From an uncultured Candidatus Binatia bacterium (lineage in GTDB: Bacteria; Desulfobacterota; Binatia; UBA9968; JAJDTQ01): DNA of 64,000 nucleotides. The stretch is from the NCBI GenBank assembly GCA_965215605.1, contig OZ244070.1, forward strand, positions 640,001 to 704,000. Reading direction: 5' to 3'. The number at the start of each line of letters is the position of its first letter. Within the stretch, counting starts at the first letter, position 1. The notes below the pieces were generated by a model that saw nothing but the letters and a program-made list of their open reading frames with translations, ran no database searches and had not been told where the DNA came from. Below, one piece after another: positions 31,668 through 41,712 of the stretch. Position numbers and translations under genes: made by a program.

Positions 31668-32663
31668 ATGAGACGAAGCAACATTGTCGGACGCTTGACC
31701 CTGGCCGCCATCGCGGCGCTTACACTGGCGTTCAGCGTTTCGAACCCGGCTCTGGCAGCCGACAAGGTGCTGGACAAGATTCACTTCCTCATTCCCGGCG
31801 GCGCCGGCGGCGGCTGGGACGGCACCGCCCGTGGCACCGGAGAGGCGCTGACCAAGTCCGGCATCGTCGGCTCGGCCTCGTACGAGAACATGTCCGGCGG
31901 CGGCGGCGGCAAGGCCATCGGCTTCCTCATCGAGAACGCCGCATCGAACCACGGCACGCTGATGGTCAACTCCACGCCCATCATCATCCGCTCACTGACC
32001 GGCCGTTTCCCTCACAATTTCCGCGATCTGACGATGATCGCCGGCACCATCGGGGACTACCAGGCGCTCATCACGGGCAAGAACAGCCCCTACAAGAACT
32101 TCGCCGACGTGGTGGCGGCCTACAAGAAGGACCCGAAGAAGGTATCCGTGGGCGGCGGTTCGGTGCCCGGATCGTTGGACCACCTGGTTGCCGCCATGGC
32201 CTTTCAGGCGGCCGGCGCCGATCCGACCAAGGTCAAGTACATTCCCTATGACGCGGGCGGCAAGCTGAACGCGGCCATCCTGTCCGGCGAGGTCTCCGCC
32301 GGCTCCACCGGCTTCTCGGAGGCCGTGGCGCTGGCGAAGGCCGGAGAGATGCGCATTCTGGCGGTGACCTCGCCAGCTCGCGTGCCCGCGTTCAAGGACG
32401 CGCCGACCCTGAAGGAGCAAGGCTTCGACGTGACCTTCGTCAACTGGCGCGGCTTCTTCGGCGCCCCGGGGCTGCCGGCGGACAAGGCGGACCAGTACCG
32501 CAAGGCCCTCGCGGCGATGTATGCCACGCCCGAATGGAAGGCCGTGCGGGACCGCAACGGCTGGGTGGACATCCACAACCCCGGCGACAAGTTCAGCGCG
32601 TTCCTGGAAAACCAGGAGAAAGTGATCAAGAAGTTGATGCAGCAGCTCGGCTTCCTGAAGTAA
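31668..32663 (+). CDS. tctC: Tripartite tricarboxylate transporter substrate-binding protein
   Basis: IPGGAGGGWD..AR, PTLKEQG, NWRG; AGGAGG RBS. Confidence 0.92.
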   Translation: MRRSNIVGRLTLAAIAALTLAFSVSNPALAADKVLDKIHFLIPGGAGGGWDGTARGTGEALTKSGIVGSASYENMSGGGGGKAIGFLIENAASNHGTLMVNSTPIIIRSLTGRFPHNFRDLTMIAGTIGDYQALITGKNSPYKNFADVVAAYKKDPKKVSVGGGSVPGSLDHLVAAMAFQAAGADPTKVKYIPYDAGGKLNAAILSGEVSAGSTGFSEAVALAKAGEMRILAVTSPARVPAFKDAPTLKEQGFDVTFVNWRGFFGAPGLPADKADQYRKALAAMYATPEWKAVRDRNGWVDIHNPGDKFSAFLENQEKVIKKLMQQLGFLK

Positions 32664-32742
32664 CCACCCGCCGTCCGGGGCGTCCTCGGTGACGCTCCGG
32701 ACCTCCCCCCCCTCCGCGTGCGCAACGAGCAGGAGTGGATTC

Positions 32743-33228
32743 ATGACTCTCGAACGCGCCATCGCCCTGATCTTCGTCGTCGTTTGCGTGGCCTACGGGT
32801 ACACGGCCTTTGTGGTGATGGAGGCCTCGCTCCTCCCGTTCGAGCGCAACATGACCTTCCTGCCCAACGTGCTGCCGAAATGGCTGAGCGTCATCGGGGC
32901 GGTGGTGGGGCTCGCCGTGCTGGTCCAGTCCGGTCCGGGAACTGGCGGCCAGGCCGCCGACGACGACATCGACATCGGCAACCTGCGGCAGTACAAGCTC
33001 GGCCAGGCGGTGCTGCTGCTGGTGCTCATGGTCGCCTACGCGCTGCTGCTTCGACCCGTGGGCTTCGTGACCACCACGACACTCTTCCTGGTCCTCGGGG
33101 CGGTGATTCTCGGCGAGCGACGCTACCTCCTCCTCGTTCCGGTTGCGGTGCTGGCGGCGTTCCTGATCTGGTACCTGGTGCAGGAAGTGCTCGGCATCTT
33201 CCTTCGCCCATGGCCCTGGTTCCTATAG
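32743..33228 (+). CDS. tctB: TTT small membrane subunit
   Basis: Four TM segments, located between tctC and tctA. Confidence 0.85.
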   Translation: MTLERAIALIFVVVCVAYGYTAFVVMEASLLPFERNMTFLPNVLPKWLSVIGAVVGLAVLVQSGPGTGGQAADDDIDIGNLRQYKLGQAVLLLVLMVAYALLLRPVGFVTTTTLFLVLGAVILGERRYLLLVPVAVLAAFLIWYLVQEVLGIFLRPWPWFL

Positions 33229-33241
33229 GGAGGACGGCCTG

Positions 33242-34762
33242 ATGATTGAAGGAATCCTCGCCGGTCTGTCCACCGCCTTCAGCATTCAGAACCTCCTCAT
33301 GGTCGTTGCCGGGTGCCTGATCGGAACTCTGATCGGCATGCTGCCGGGCCTCGGCCCCATGTCGATCATCGCCATCATGATCCCCATCGCCATACAGATC
33401 GGCGACCCCGCGGCCGCGCTGATCCTGTTGGCAGGCGTGTACTACGGCGCCATCTTCGGCGGCTCCACGTCCTCCATCCTCATCAACGCGCCAGGCGTGG
33501 CCGGCACCGTCGCCACGGCGTTCGACGGCTACCCCATGGCGCGTCAGGGGCAGGCCGGCAAGGCCCTGACCGTCGCGGCCATCGGGTCTTTCTCCGGCGG
33601 CACCATCGGCGCCATCCTGCTGATGGGGTTCGCGCCGGGGTTGGCCACCGTGGCGCTGCTGTTCCACTCCGCCGAGTATTTCGCGCTGATGGTGGTGGGC
33701 CTCGCCGCCATCGCCGCCTTCGCGGGCTCGGGCCAGGTCGCCAAGGCCTTGATGATGACCGTCCTGGGCGTGATGCTGGCCACCGTGGGCGAAAGCGCCC
33801 TGTTCAACGCACCGCGCTTCACCTTCGGTATCCAGGATCTGCAGAGCGGCATCAGCTTCATTACGCTGGCCATGGCGCTGTTCGCGTTGCCCGAGGCCCT
33901 GTACCTGGTCCTCAACCCGAAGCGTTCGGAACGCGAGGGAGACGACGGCCGCAAAATCGCCAACCTGCGCATCACGCGCGAAGAGGCCAGGGAGATCGCC
34001 CCGGTCATCGGCCGCCAGTCGCTCCAGGGTTTCTTCATCGGGGTGATGCCGGGCGCGGGGGCGACCATCGCATCGTTCCTCGGCTACGCGGTGGAACGCA
34101 ACATCGCCAAGGGGGAGGACCGGGCCAAGTTCGGCAAGGGTTCCATCAAGGGACTTGCCGCTCCGGAAACCGCCAACAACGCGGCCTGCACCGGCTCGTT
34201 CGTGCCGCTGCTCACCCTGGGCATTCCCGGGTCCGGCACCACCGCCATCCTGCTGGGCGCCCTCATCGCCCTCAACGTGGCGCCGGGGCCGCGCCTGATG
34301 GTGGACAATCCCTCCATCTTCTGGGCGGTGATCATTTCCATGTACCTCGGCAACGTCGTGCTGCTGATCCTCAACCTGCCGCTGATCCCGTACATCGCCA
34401 AGCTGCTGGAGATCCCCCGCAACTACCTGATCCCGTTCATCCTGTTCTTCACCATGATGGGCAGCTACATCGGCCAGAACAACGCCACCGAACTGCTGCT
34501 GCTCACCGGCATGGGGCTCGTGGCCACCGTCATGCGCATGGCCGGCTATCCGCTGGCGCCGATGCTCATCGGGTTCATTCTCGGGCCGCTGCTGGAAAAC
34601 AACTTCGCCCGTGCCATGAACCTCACCGACGGCATCAGCTTCATCTGGCAGCGGCCCATGACCCTGGCGCTGCTGGTCTTCGCGGTGGTGCTGATCTTCC
34701 TCCCGTCCATCCGCGCGGGCCTCGGACGGCTCAAGGGAAATGAAGCGGCCCAGGGCGACTGA
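33242..34762 (+). CDS. tctA: TTT large permease
   Basis: GMLPGLG, DGYPMA, APETANNA, LGIPG. Confidence 0.95.
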   Translation: MIEGILAGLSTAFSIQNLLMVVAGCLIGTLIGMLPGLGPMSIIAIMIPIAIQIGDPAAALILLAGVYYGAIFGGSTSSILINAPGVAGTVATAFDGYPMARQGQAGKALTVAAIGSFSGGTIGAILLMGFAPGLATVALLFHSAEYFALMVVGLAAIAAFAGSGQVAKALMMTVLGVMLATVGESALFNAPRFTFGIQDLQSGISFITLAMALFALPEALYLVLNPKRSEREGDDGRKIANLRITREEAREIAPVIGRQSLQGFFIGVMPGAGATIASFLGYAVERNIAKGEDRAKFGKGSIKGLAAPETANNAACTGSFVPLLTLGIPGSGTTAILLGALIALNVAPGPRLMVDNPSIFWAVIISMYLGNVVLLILNLPLIPYIAKLLEIPRNYLIPFILFFTMMGSYIGQNNATELLLLTGMGLVATVMRMAGYPLAPMLIGFILGPLLENNFARAMNLTDGISFIWQRPMTLALLVFAVVLIFLPSIRAGLGRLKGNEAAQGD

Positions 34763-34772
34763 CGGAGCCGCC

Positions 34773-34922
34773 ATGAGCACTTGAACCGGCCGGCGCGGAC
34801 TTGGGGCGGAACACATCGGCAGCCTGGTCCACCCGGGCGCGCTGCGGGAGGTCTTCCTCCGGTACGACCGGGGCGAGGCCTCGGAACAGGAGCTGTTCCG
34901 AGCTCAGGATGAAGCCATCGCG
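34773..34922 (+). pseudogene. N-terminal remnant of a cobalamin-independent methionine synthase II-like protein
   Basis: ATG AGC ACT TGA, then in frame AEHIGSLVHP.ALREVF...ELFRAQDEAI, cut off by the convergent SDR gene. Confidence 0.6.
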
Positions 34923-34942
34923 CCCTGCCGACGGCGGCGGCG

Positions 34943-35791
34943 CTACCGCCCCGGCGCGATGGCGGCCTGCCCGGCCTGGGGCCAGGCCACGGGCGCGCTC
35001 GCCTTGGACAAGCGCTCTTCCAGCGGCAGGCTCTCGTCCCAATGGTGGGCAATGAAGCGGCGGCCGTTGATGCCGTCGGACGCCTCGGAAGCGAGCCACA
35101 CCACCGGCTTCTCCATGACCGGCGGCTGGATGAGCTGATCCCGGGGGTAGGGAGCGTCCTGGGGTATGAGGTTGGTGTTGGCCGGTCCGCCCGGCACCAG
35201 CACGTTGGCCGTGACGCCCGTGTCCTGCAGCTCCTGGCACAGGGTGGCCATGAAGGCTTCGTGGCCCGCCTTGGACGGCCCGTAAGGCGAGCCGTGCGCC
35301 CGGTACATGGTATCCAGGCTGGTGGTGACGCCGATGATCCGGCCCCAACCCTTCTCGATCATGTGCCCGACGGCGGCGCGCACCATGTAGAAGGGACCTC
35401 CGCAGTTCACCGCGAATACCCGGACCCATGCCTCGGGGGAGACCTCCCAGCACTTCTCGCGGAACTCGGAAGTCAGGCCCACGTTGCGCGGGTTGGTGCC
35501 GGCGTTGTTGACAAGGATGTCCAGGCCGCCCAGGTCGGAGATGGCGGTGCCCACCGCCCTTGCCGCACTCTCCCAACTACTCACGCTTTCCACGATGGGC
35601 AGGACGCTGTCCTTGCCGGCCACGGCGCACACCTCGTCCGCCGTGCGGTTGACCCACTCCTCGCTGACGTCCATCATGGCCACGCGCGCTCCCGCGGCGG
35701 TCAGGGCGAACGTCATGCGCCGGCCGAAGCCGATGGGGCTGCCGGCCCCGGTCACCAACGCCACTTTTCCTTCCAAGGGTTTGTCAGCCAT
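34943..35791 (-). CDS. SDR-family oxidoreductase
   Basis: TGAGSPIGFG, NNAG, YGPSK. Confidence 0.9.
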   Translation of the reverse strand: MADKPLEGKVALVTGAGSPIGFGRRMTFALTAAGARVAMMDVSEEWVNRTADEVCAVAGKDSVLPIVESVSSWESAARAVGTAISDLGGLDILVNNAGTNPRNVGLTSEFREKCWEVSPEAWVRVFAVNCGGPFYMVRAAVGHMIEKGWGRIIGVTTSLDTMYRAHGSPYGPSKAGHEAFMATLCQELQDTGVTANVLVPGGPANTNLIPQDAPYPRDQLIQPPVMEKPVVWLASEASDGINGRRFIAHHWDESLPLEERLSKASAPVAWPQAGQAAIAPGR

Positions 35792-35904
35792 CAGCAGGTG
35801 CCTCCTGTTCCGTGATCTTTCGAACCGCACGCGTCACCGCGCGCCACGAAGGACCCTACACCGGCGACCTGCAACATACAAATTGGCGGCAGGAGGACGG
35901 TTCC

Positions 35905-37107
35905 TTAGCGCGGCGTTTCCAGCCGCGCCTCCAGGAAAGCGGGCCGGGCCGCGTTCCGGACGCGCGGGGGCCGTGCGCCGCCTGCGTCGAGGAGTCCCCG
36001 CAGGAAGGCGTCCTGGCGCTCCCGGGCGGCCCGCAGGGGAATGCCCCGGATCATGACGGCGAACAGCGTCCGCCCGAACTTCCGGGTGTACGCGACCCCG
36101 GCCAGGCTCGAGATCCGGAGCACGCGCACCGTCCCCGACTTGCCGGCCACGGCCCCGCGGTAGCGAGACTCCGCGAGCCGGTACTCCAGGGTGCCCGGAG
36201 TCAAGCCGGCCACCGGCAACACGTCCGGGAAGGACAGACCACGCGCAGCGAGGGTGCTCTCCAGCGCCTGGAACATGGCCACGGTGGCGCGCGGGGTCAG
36301 TTGGTTCGTCCTGCCGTCGCCCGCCGCGTTGTCGATGACCATCGAAGCCCGGGGGACCCCTCGAACGCTTTCCCGGAGGATGCGCTGGACGGTTTCCGGC
36401 CCGCCGATCCGGTACGAGAATTCATGGAAATTGTCGTTGGAGTGGCTGTTGAAATCCTTGAGGTGCCGCAGCAAGGGCGGCGACGCGTGCACCACCAGGA
36501 CACGCACCCGGCGCTGTTCCCGGGCGACCCGGCGGCCGAACCGGAGCTTGTAGTCTTCCAGCGGCAGGGGCTTGCCCGGGGACACCGCGGCGGTCACCGC
36601 CGGCCAGCGCTGGGCGCCCAGGCGACCCGTCCACGCGCGCTTGAGCCGGTCCCCGGCGGGATCGGGAGTCCAGTCGAAGTAGAACGGCCCCTCGACCCGG
36701 ATGGCGCCGTTGACCCGGCGTACACCCTCTTTCCGGAGCCTCAACAGGACCAGGAACGCGTTCTCGAACAGGAAATAGGGGTCGCCCTCCGCCCGGACCA
36801 CGAGGTCTCCCTGAAGGGTCCCATCGGCCAGGGGGCCGGCGGCGAGGAACGTCGTGCGAAAACGGCGCTCCGGCGGAAGTTTCGAGAGAAAGGCCAGCGT
36901 CGTCGCCACCTTCGTAACCGAGGCGGGGTGGTACGCGCGCCTGGAGTTCAACGCCGCCAGCGCCCTGCCGTCCTCCGCGCGCACGAAGACTCCGTGGTCG
37001 GCGCCTATCCGCGTCCGCGCCAGCGATTGCAACGGCAACTCGGCCGCGGACGCCGGCGCGGCGAAGAGGTGAACGGCCAGGAACGCCAGCCCCAGCGGTC
37101 GGTACAT
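35905..37107 (-). CDS. dacB: D-alanyl-D-alanine carboxypeptidase/endopeptidase (PBP4, S13)
   Basis: PASVTK (SxxK), SND, KSGT; signal peptide. Confidence 0.85.
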   Translation of the reverse strand: MYRPLGLAFLAVHLFAAPASAAELPLQSLARTRIGADHGVFVRAEDGRALAALNSRRAYHPASVTKVATTLAFLSKLPPERRFRTTFLAAGPLADGTLQGDLVVRAEGDPYFLFENAFLVLLRLRKEGVRRVNGAIRVEGPFYFDWTPDPAGDRLKRAWTGRLGAQRWPAVTAAVSPGKPLPLEDYKLRFGRRVAREQRRVRVLVVHASPPLLRHLKDFNSHSNDNFHEFSYRIGGPETVQRILRESVRGVPRASMVIDNAAGDGRTNQLTPRATVAMFQALESTLAARGLSFPDVLPVAGLTPGTLEYRLAESRYRGAVAGKSGTVRVLRISSLAGVAYTRKFGRTLFAVMIRGIPLRAARERQDAFLRGLLDAGGARPPRVRNAARPAFLEARLETPR

Positions 37108-37211
37108 CGTTTCCCTAACGGACATGGGACATGGAGGATAACGACGCTTCGCGAAACGCACAACACTCCGGCCCCTTGCGGCCCCGGACAGGCCGGAGTA
37201 TTCAAGGACGC

Positions 37212-38189
37212 ATGGGCGTCTTGATCGACGGGAAGTGGCACGAGGACGGCCAGGTGCAGACGGACTCCCGCGGGAGCTTCGTTCGAGACGACTCCGTCTT
37301 CCGCAACTGGATCACCATGGACGGCGCGCCGGGAACCACCGGCGAGGGCGGCTTCGGCGCGGAGGCCGGCCGCTACCACCTGTTCGTCTCGCCGTCGTGT
37401 CCGTGGGCGCACCGGGCCATGCTCCTGCGCAAGCTGAAGAAGCTCGAAGACGTGGTCTCCATGTCCACCGCGGACCGGCCCAAGACCGCGAGCTGGTCCT
37501 ATTCCCGGGGCATCGACGACCTGCAGGCCGGCCGCGACGGCATCTTCCGGCTCCACCAGGTCTACACCGCCGCCAAGCCGGACTACACGGGGAAGGTTAC
37601 GGTCCCGACCCTATGGGACCGCCAACGCCGCACCATCGTCAACAACGAGTCGTCCGAAATCATCCGCATGTTCAACGCCGCCTTCGACGGCCTGACCGAC
37701 GCGGGGCAGGACTACTATCCGGCCGACCGGCGCGAGGAGATCGACCGCATCAACGACTTCGTCTACGAGCACGTGAACAACGGCGTGTACCGGGCGGGCT
37801 TCGCCAAGTCGCAGGCAGCGTACGAGGAGGCGGTCAAGAAGGTGTTCCACGGCCTCGACACCATGGAGGGGTGGTTGTCCCAACGCCGCTACCTCGCCGG
37901 CGACCGGATCACCGAGGCGGACTGGCGCGCGTTCCCGACGCTGCTGCGCTTCGACCTCGTCTACCACGGCCACTTCAAGTGCAACCTGCGGCGCATCCAG
38001 GACTACACCCACCTGCGGGGCTACCTGCGGGAGCTCTACCAGTGGCCGGGAGTGCGGGAGACCTGCGACCTCGACAGGATCAAGGCCGGCTACTACGGCA
38101 GCCAGTCCCATGTGAACCCCACGGGCATCGTGCCCCTGGGCCCGTCCATGGACCACCTGAACCAACCGCACGGACGGGGCGGACTGTAA
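37212..38189 (+). CDS. yqjG: Glutathionyl-hydroquinone reductase (Xi-class GST)
   Basis: CPWAHR, TVPTLWD, NNESSEI, NNGVYRAGF, NPTGIVP. Confidence 0.92.
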   Translation: MGVLIDGKWHEDGQVQTDSRGSFVRDDSVFRNWITMDGAPGTTGEGGFGAEAGRYHLFVSPSCPWAHRAMLLRKLKKLEDVVSMSTADRPKTASWSYSRGIDDLQAGRDGIFRLHQVYTAAKPDYTGKVTVPTLWDRQRRTIVNNESSEIIRMFNAAFDGLTDAGQDYYPADRREEIDRINDFVYEHVNNGVYRAGFAKSQAAYEEAVKKVFHGLDTMEGWLSQRRYLAGDRITEADWRAFPTLLRFDLVYHGHFKCNLRRIQDYTHLRGYLRELYQWPGVRETCDLDRIKAGYYGSQSHVNPTGIVPLGPSMDHLNQPHGRGGL

Positions 38190-38209
38190 ACGTAACAAGG
38201 AGACCGATC

Positions 38210-38929
38210 ATGAGCGAACGCGTATGGGAGCGCTTTCTTACGGAACAGGACAAGGCCCACGTGGCGATGAAGGCCCCGAGGCCCATCGGCTTCGGCAAGA
38301 AGCCCGCCCTGCTCCTCATCGACCTTTACCGCTGGGTCTTCGGCGACAAGCCCGAGTCCGTGCTGGAAGCCACCAAGGAATGGCCCGGGAGCTGCGGCAT
38401 GGCCGGGTGGAACGCCATCCCCCACATCCAGAAGCTGCTGGCAACGGCGCGCGAGGTGGGCATTCCCGTCATCCACATCTCCGGCCTGCCCGAGGCCGGC
38501 GTCGACGAGTGGTCGTTCCGGCGTGACGCGGGAACCGACAACCTCTCGGCCGAAGCCCTGGAACGGCGGCGCACGAAGTTCGACATCATCGACGAGGTGC
38601 AGCCGCAGTCGGGAGAGGCGGTGCTGCGCAAGCTCTCGCCCAGCGCCTTCTGGGGCACCCCGCTGGTGGCGCACCTGAACCAGCACGGCATCGACACCGT
38701 CATCGCCTGCGGCGAGAGCACCAGCGGCTGCGTGCGCGCCAGCGTGGTGGACGGCTGCACCTACCGCTTCCGCATGGTGGTGGCCGAGGAATGCGTGTTC
38801 GACCGGCACGAGGCCTGCCACGCCATCAACCTGTTCGACATGCACCAGAAGTACGCCGACGTGCTGCCGCTGGACGACATCGTGCAGTACCTGCACGCGT
38901 GGCGCGCGGAGCGGCCGGCGGAAGCGTGA
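38210..38929 (+). CDS. Isochorismatase-family cysteine hydrolase (maleamate/N-carbamoylsarcosine amidase-like)
   Basis: D...K...TSGCVRAS triad; NLFDMHQKYADV. Confidence 0.87.
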   Translation: MSERVWERFLTEQDKAHVAMKAPRPIGFGKKPALLLIDLYRWVFGDKPESVLEATKEWPGSCGMAGWNAIPHIQKLLATAREVGIPVIHISGLPEAGVDEWSFRRDAGTDNLSAEALERRRTKFDIIDEVQPQSGEAVLRKLSPSAFWGTPLVAHLNQHGIDTVIACGESTSGCVRASVVDGCTYRFRMVVAEECVFDRHEACHAINLFDMHQKYADVLPLDDIVQYLHAWRAERPAEA

Positions 38930-38973
38930 GTCGCGCCCGCGGCCGCGCCCGGCACGAAACGCCACCCCACCCT

Positions 38974-38999
38974 GTCGTTCCCGCGAAAGCGGGAATGAC
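38974..38999. repeat. REP-like palindrome between convergent genes
   Basis: GTCGTTCCCGC-GAAA-GCGGGAATGAC. Confidence 0.65.
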
Positions 39000-39016
39000 G
39001 TTCCGGAACTCTCAGG

Positions 39017-40165
39017 TCAGCCGTTGGACAGGTTGCTGGGGCGGCCATTTTCCGGCAGCTTCACGCCGCCCTCGCCCGCGGCCTGACGCAGCCGGTCCCA
39101 CTCGTCCCTGAAGCCGAAGGTATGGCCGCGGAAATGCGGCACGACGTAGCGGGCGAACAGCTCCAGGGATCGGCGCAGGTTCTGGCTGCCGGTCCACTCG
39201 TGGGTGGTGAGCATCAGGCCGCCGAAGCCGCCGGTCTCCTGCTGCATGCGCTCGATGTGGCGGATGGCGTCGTCCGGGGTGCCGATGATCCAGTCCCGCC
39301 GGTCCGCGGCGGAACGGGCCGTGATCTCCGACGCCGGCTGGTCGGGATAGGACTCGTAGGGCCTCTTGAGGCCGATGGCGAAGAAGTACTGCATGTCCCG
39401 GGCGATGCCCGCCTCCACGTCGGCCCAGGCCTGCTCGCGCGTCTCGGCCAGGTAGACGCTGGTGGCGATGCGCCAGTTGTCCCGGTTGGCGGTCTTGCCA
39501 TACCTGGCGGCGGCGGCCTCCACGGTCTTCCACTGCTCGGAGTGGGCCGGGTTGCGCCAGCGGTTCTTGCCCGCGGGGGACAGCAGCATCATGTCGTGCT
39601 TGCCCACCATCTCGAGGCTCTCGGAGGTTCCCGAGGAGGCGACGGCCAGGGGCATGCGCGGCCGCTGATACGAACGGAGTTGCAGCCGCATGCCCTCGAA
39701 GCTCCAGAACTCGCCGTGGTGGTCGATGGGCTCGGGCGACTCCAGCAGCCGCACAATGACCTCCACCGACTCGTTCAGCATGGCATGGAGCTTCTCGTTG
39801 GGAAGGCCGAACAGCTTCTTGTCGGTGACCAGCGCGCTCGGCCCCACGCCCAGGATGGCCCGCCCGCGGGTCAGGTGGTCGAGGAAGGCCATGCGCTCGG
39901 CCACGTGGAACGGATGGTGGAACGGCGTGTTGATGACCGAGGTGCCGAGGCGTATGCGCTTGGCGTGGGCCGCGGCCTTGGCCAGCGCCAACTCCGGCGC
40001 CGGCATGTTCTCCCAGCCCCCGGAATGGTGCTCGCCGATGAAGAACTCGTCGAAGTCCAGTTCCTCGGCGTAGTGGATGAGCGAGATGTCCCGGTCGAAG
40101 GCCAGCGCCGGGTTCTCCGACGGGAGATGGATCGGCATCATGAAAAAGGAAAACTTCATCGTCAT
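39017..40165 (-). CDS. LLM-class flavin-dependent monooxygenase (limonene monooxygenase-like)
   Basis: FMMP.H, IGEHHSGGWE, LDHLTRGR, GGFG; overlaps the upstream gene's stop. Confidence 0.88.
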   Translation of the reverse strand: MTMKFSFFMMPIHLPSENPALAFDRDISLIHYAEELDFDEFFIGEHHSGGWENMPAPELALAKAAAHAKRIRLGTSVINTPFHHPFHVAERMAFLDHLTRGRAILGVGPSALVTDKKLFGLPNEKLHAMLNESVEVIVRLLESPEPIDHHGEFWSFEGMRLQLRSYQRPRMPLAVASSGTSESLEMVGKHDMMLLSPAGKNRWRNPAHSEQWKTVEAAAARYGKTANRDNWRIATSVYLAETREQAWADVEAGIARDMQYFFAIGLKRPYESYPDQPASEITARSAADRRDWIIGTPDDAIRHIERMQQETGGFGGLMLTTHEWTGSQNLRRSLELFARYVVPHFRGHTFGFRDEWDRLRQAAGEGGVKLPENGRPSNLSNG

Positions 40166-41523
40166 ACCTCGAAGTAGCCGCCGGCGATGGCGTCGTTCCA
40201 CAGCTTGACGGCGGCCGGCGCGACCCCGTGCGGCAACCCCTCCTCTGCCTTCCAGAAGGCGTGCACGCCGGCGCCGAGGTGCGTCAGATGGGTCCTCGGC
40301 GCGGGCCGCATGGCGGCGAACGCGGGCAAGATCACTTCCCGGTAGACATCGGGGCTGTGGTCCCGGCTGTCCTTGGTGATAATGAACAGGAATGGCGGCA
40401 GCGGCGGCGCGTCCGGCCCGGACAGCTCCCGCGGATAGCCCCGGTAACGCTCCATCAACGCCTGGGTCTCGTCGGCATTCATGCCGAGGCGCCCGGCGCT
40501 GACCCTGGCGGCCTCGGTCAACGACGCGGCGATGTCGTGGGTGATCACATATTCCGCCTTGAACTGCGGACGGGCCTTCCCCCGGTCCCAGTTGTCCAGG
40601 ATCTCTTCCATCAGCATGGGCAGTTGCATCAGCGCCGCCGGCCCCTGCTGCCCCAGGGCCTCGGGCCCGGCGTAGCGCGCCAGGTCGCGCCAGGTGCGGA
40701 TGTACAGCTCGTTGAACGGGTCGCTCCGGACGGCGTCGTCGGTGCTCACCCGCTCGAAGCCGGAGACCTTCCCCAGCGAGCCGCTCCAGTTGTCCCGCAT
40801 GGCGCCCACGTGGCCGAAGGGCGTGTGCTCGGTGGCCACCACGCCGACGAAATTGGGCACGCGCTGGGACAGCATGGAGACGAAGGGCCCGCCGGTGGAG
40901 TGGCCTTCGCCGTAGATGGAAAACGTCCCTTCCGGCAGGTGCCTGCGCATGGCCTCCTTCATGCCCTCCTCGAAGGCCACGGGCCACGCCGCCATGCGGT
41001 AGTAGAAGTTGGTGCCGGGTTTGGCCCTGGCGACGGTCCGGGTGCCGTAGCGCGGCCGCATGGACACGTCCCGGGTGACCTCGTACTCGTCGCGCCCGAT
41101 GGGCTCGCCCTGCTTCCAGATGGGCGTGCGGACGCCGCCGTCGGCGTGGATGGTGTCGTCCGGCCAGTCCCGGCTCGCGTCCGGGAAGTAGAAGCGCCCC
41201 GGAAAGGTGCCGCTCAAGACCTTGAAACCGAACTTGCCGGCGGCCAGCGTGGCGACCCGGTCCATGGTCTTGTAGTCGCCCGAGCCGCCGTGGAGCAGAA
41301 AGATCCCCACCCTCCTGCCGTCGGCGCCGCAAGGGATCCTGGCTTCGTCCCGGGGCTGGTAGATCGCCATGCCGAGGTCCCATTCCATACCGAGGGCGTC
41401 GATCCGGACGATATCTTCCTCGACGCTCAACGAGATATCGGGCATGGACAGCACCGCGTCGGAGTCGCGGATGATCTGCTCGCGGGAGACCGCGGCCGGC
41501 AGTTCGATCTGTGAAACGGTCAT
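40162..41523 (-). CDS. Uncharacterised alpha/beta-hydrolase-like protein
   Basis: LHGGSG oxyanion-like motif, GHSTGG elbow, DSRDH and GVH; typical codon usage. Confidence 0.65.
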   Translation of the reverse strand: MTVSQIELPAAVSREQIIRDSDAVLSMPDISLSVEEDIVRIDALGMEWDLGMAIYQPRDEARIPCGADGRRVGIFLLHGGSGDYKTMDRVATLAAGKFGFKVLSGTFPGRFYFPDASRDWPDDTIHADGGVRTPIWKQGEPIGRDEYEVTRDVSMRPRYGTRTVARAKPGTNFYYRMAAWPVAFEEGMKEAMRRHLPEGTFSIYGEGHSTGGPFVSMLSQRVPNFVGVVATEHTPFGHVGAMRDNWSGSLGKVSGFERVSTDDAVRSDPFNELYIRTWRDLARYAGPEALGQQGPAALMQLPMLMEEILDNWDRGKARPQFKAEYVITHDIAASLTEAARVSAGRLGMNADETQALMERYRGYPRELSGPDAPPLPPFLFIITKDSRDHSPDVYREVILPAFAAMRPAPRTHLTHLGAGVHAFWKAEEGLPHGVAPAAVKLWNDAIAGGYFEV

Positions 41524-41712
41524 GGGGCTCCTCCCGCAGTCTCTCTACTACAGACGGCCACCGCCTGCCACAGGATTGCCGACGGTCGGGGTTGCCGGCG
41601 GTCGGCCACACGGCCCGGTCCGCGTCGCGTCCCGGAAGTTGTCGTGCCTTGCCGACTACAGGGAATCCTGCGCATAGTGGTCTGCGAGCTTCAGGTGGAG
41701 GACACTGGCGTC

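Noticed and set aside
34782-34784. In-frame TGA as a second selenocysteine
   Set aside because: Non-catalytic position in a truncated stub, with no convincing SECIS
39017-41611. 864-aa ORF as a fusion protein (likewise 8150-10795, 52487-54598, 37235-38929, 19304-21514)
   Set aside because: The N-terminal parts are off-frame or antisense shadows of neighbouring genes in high-GC DNA; the real starts lie downstream
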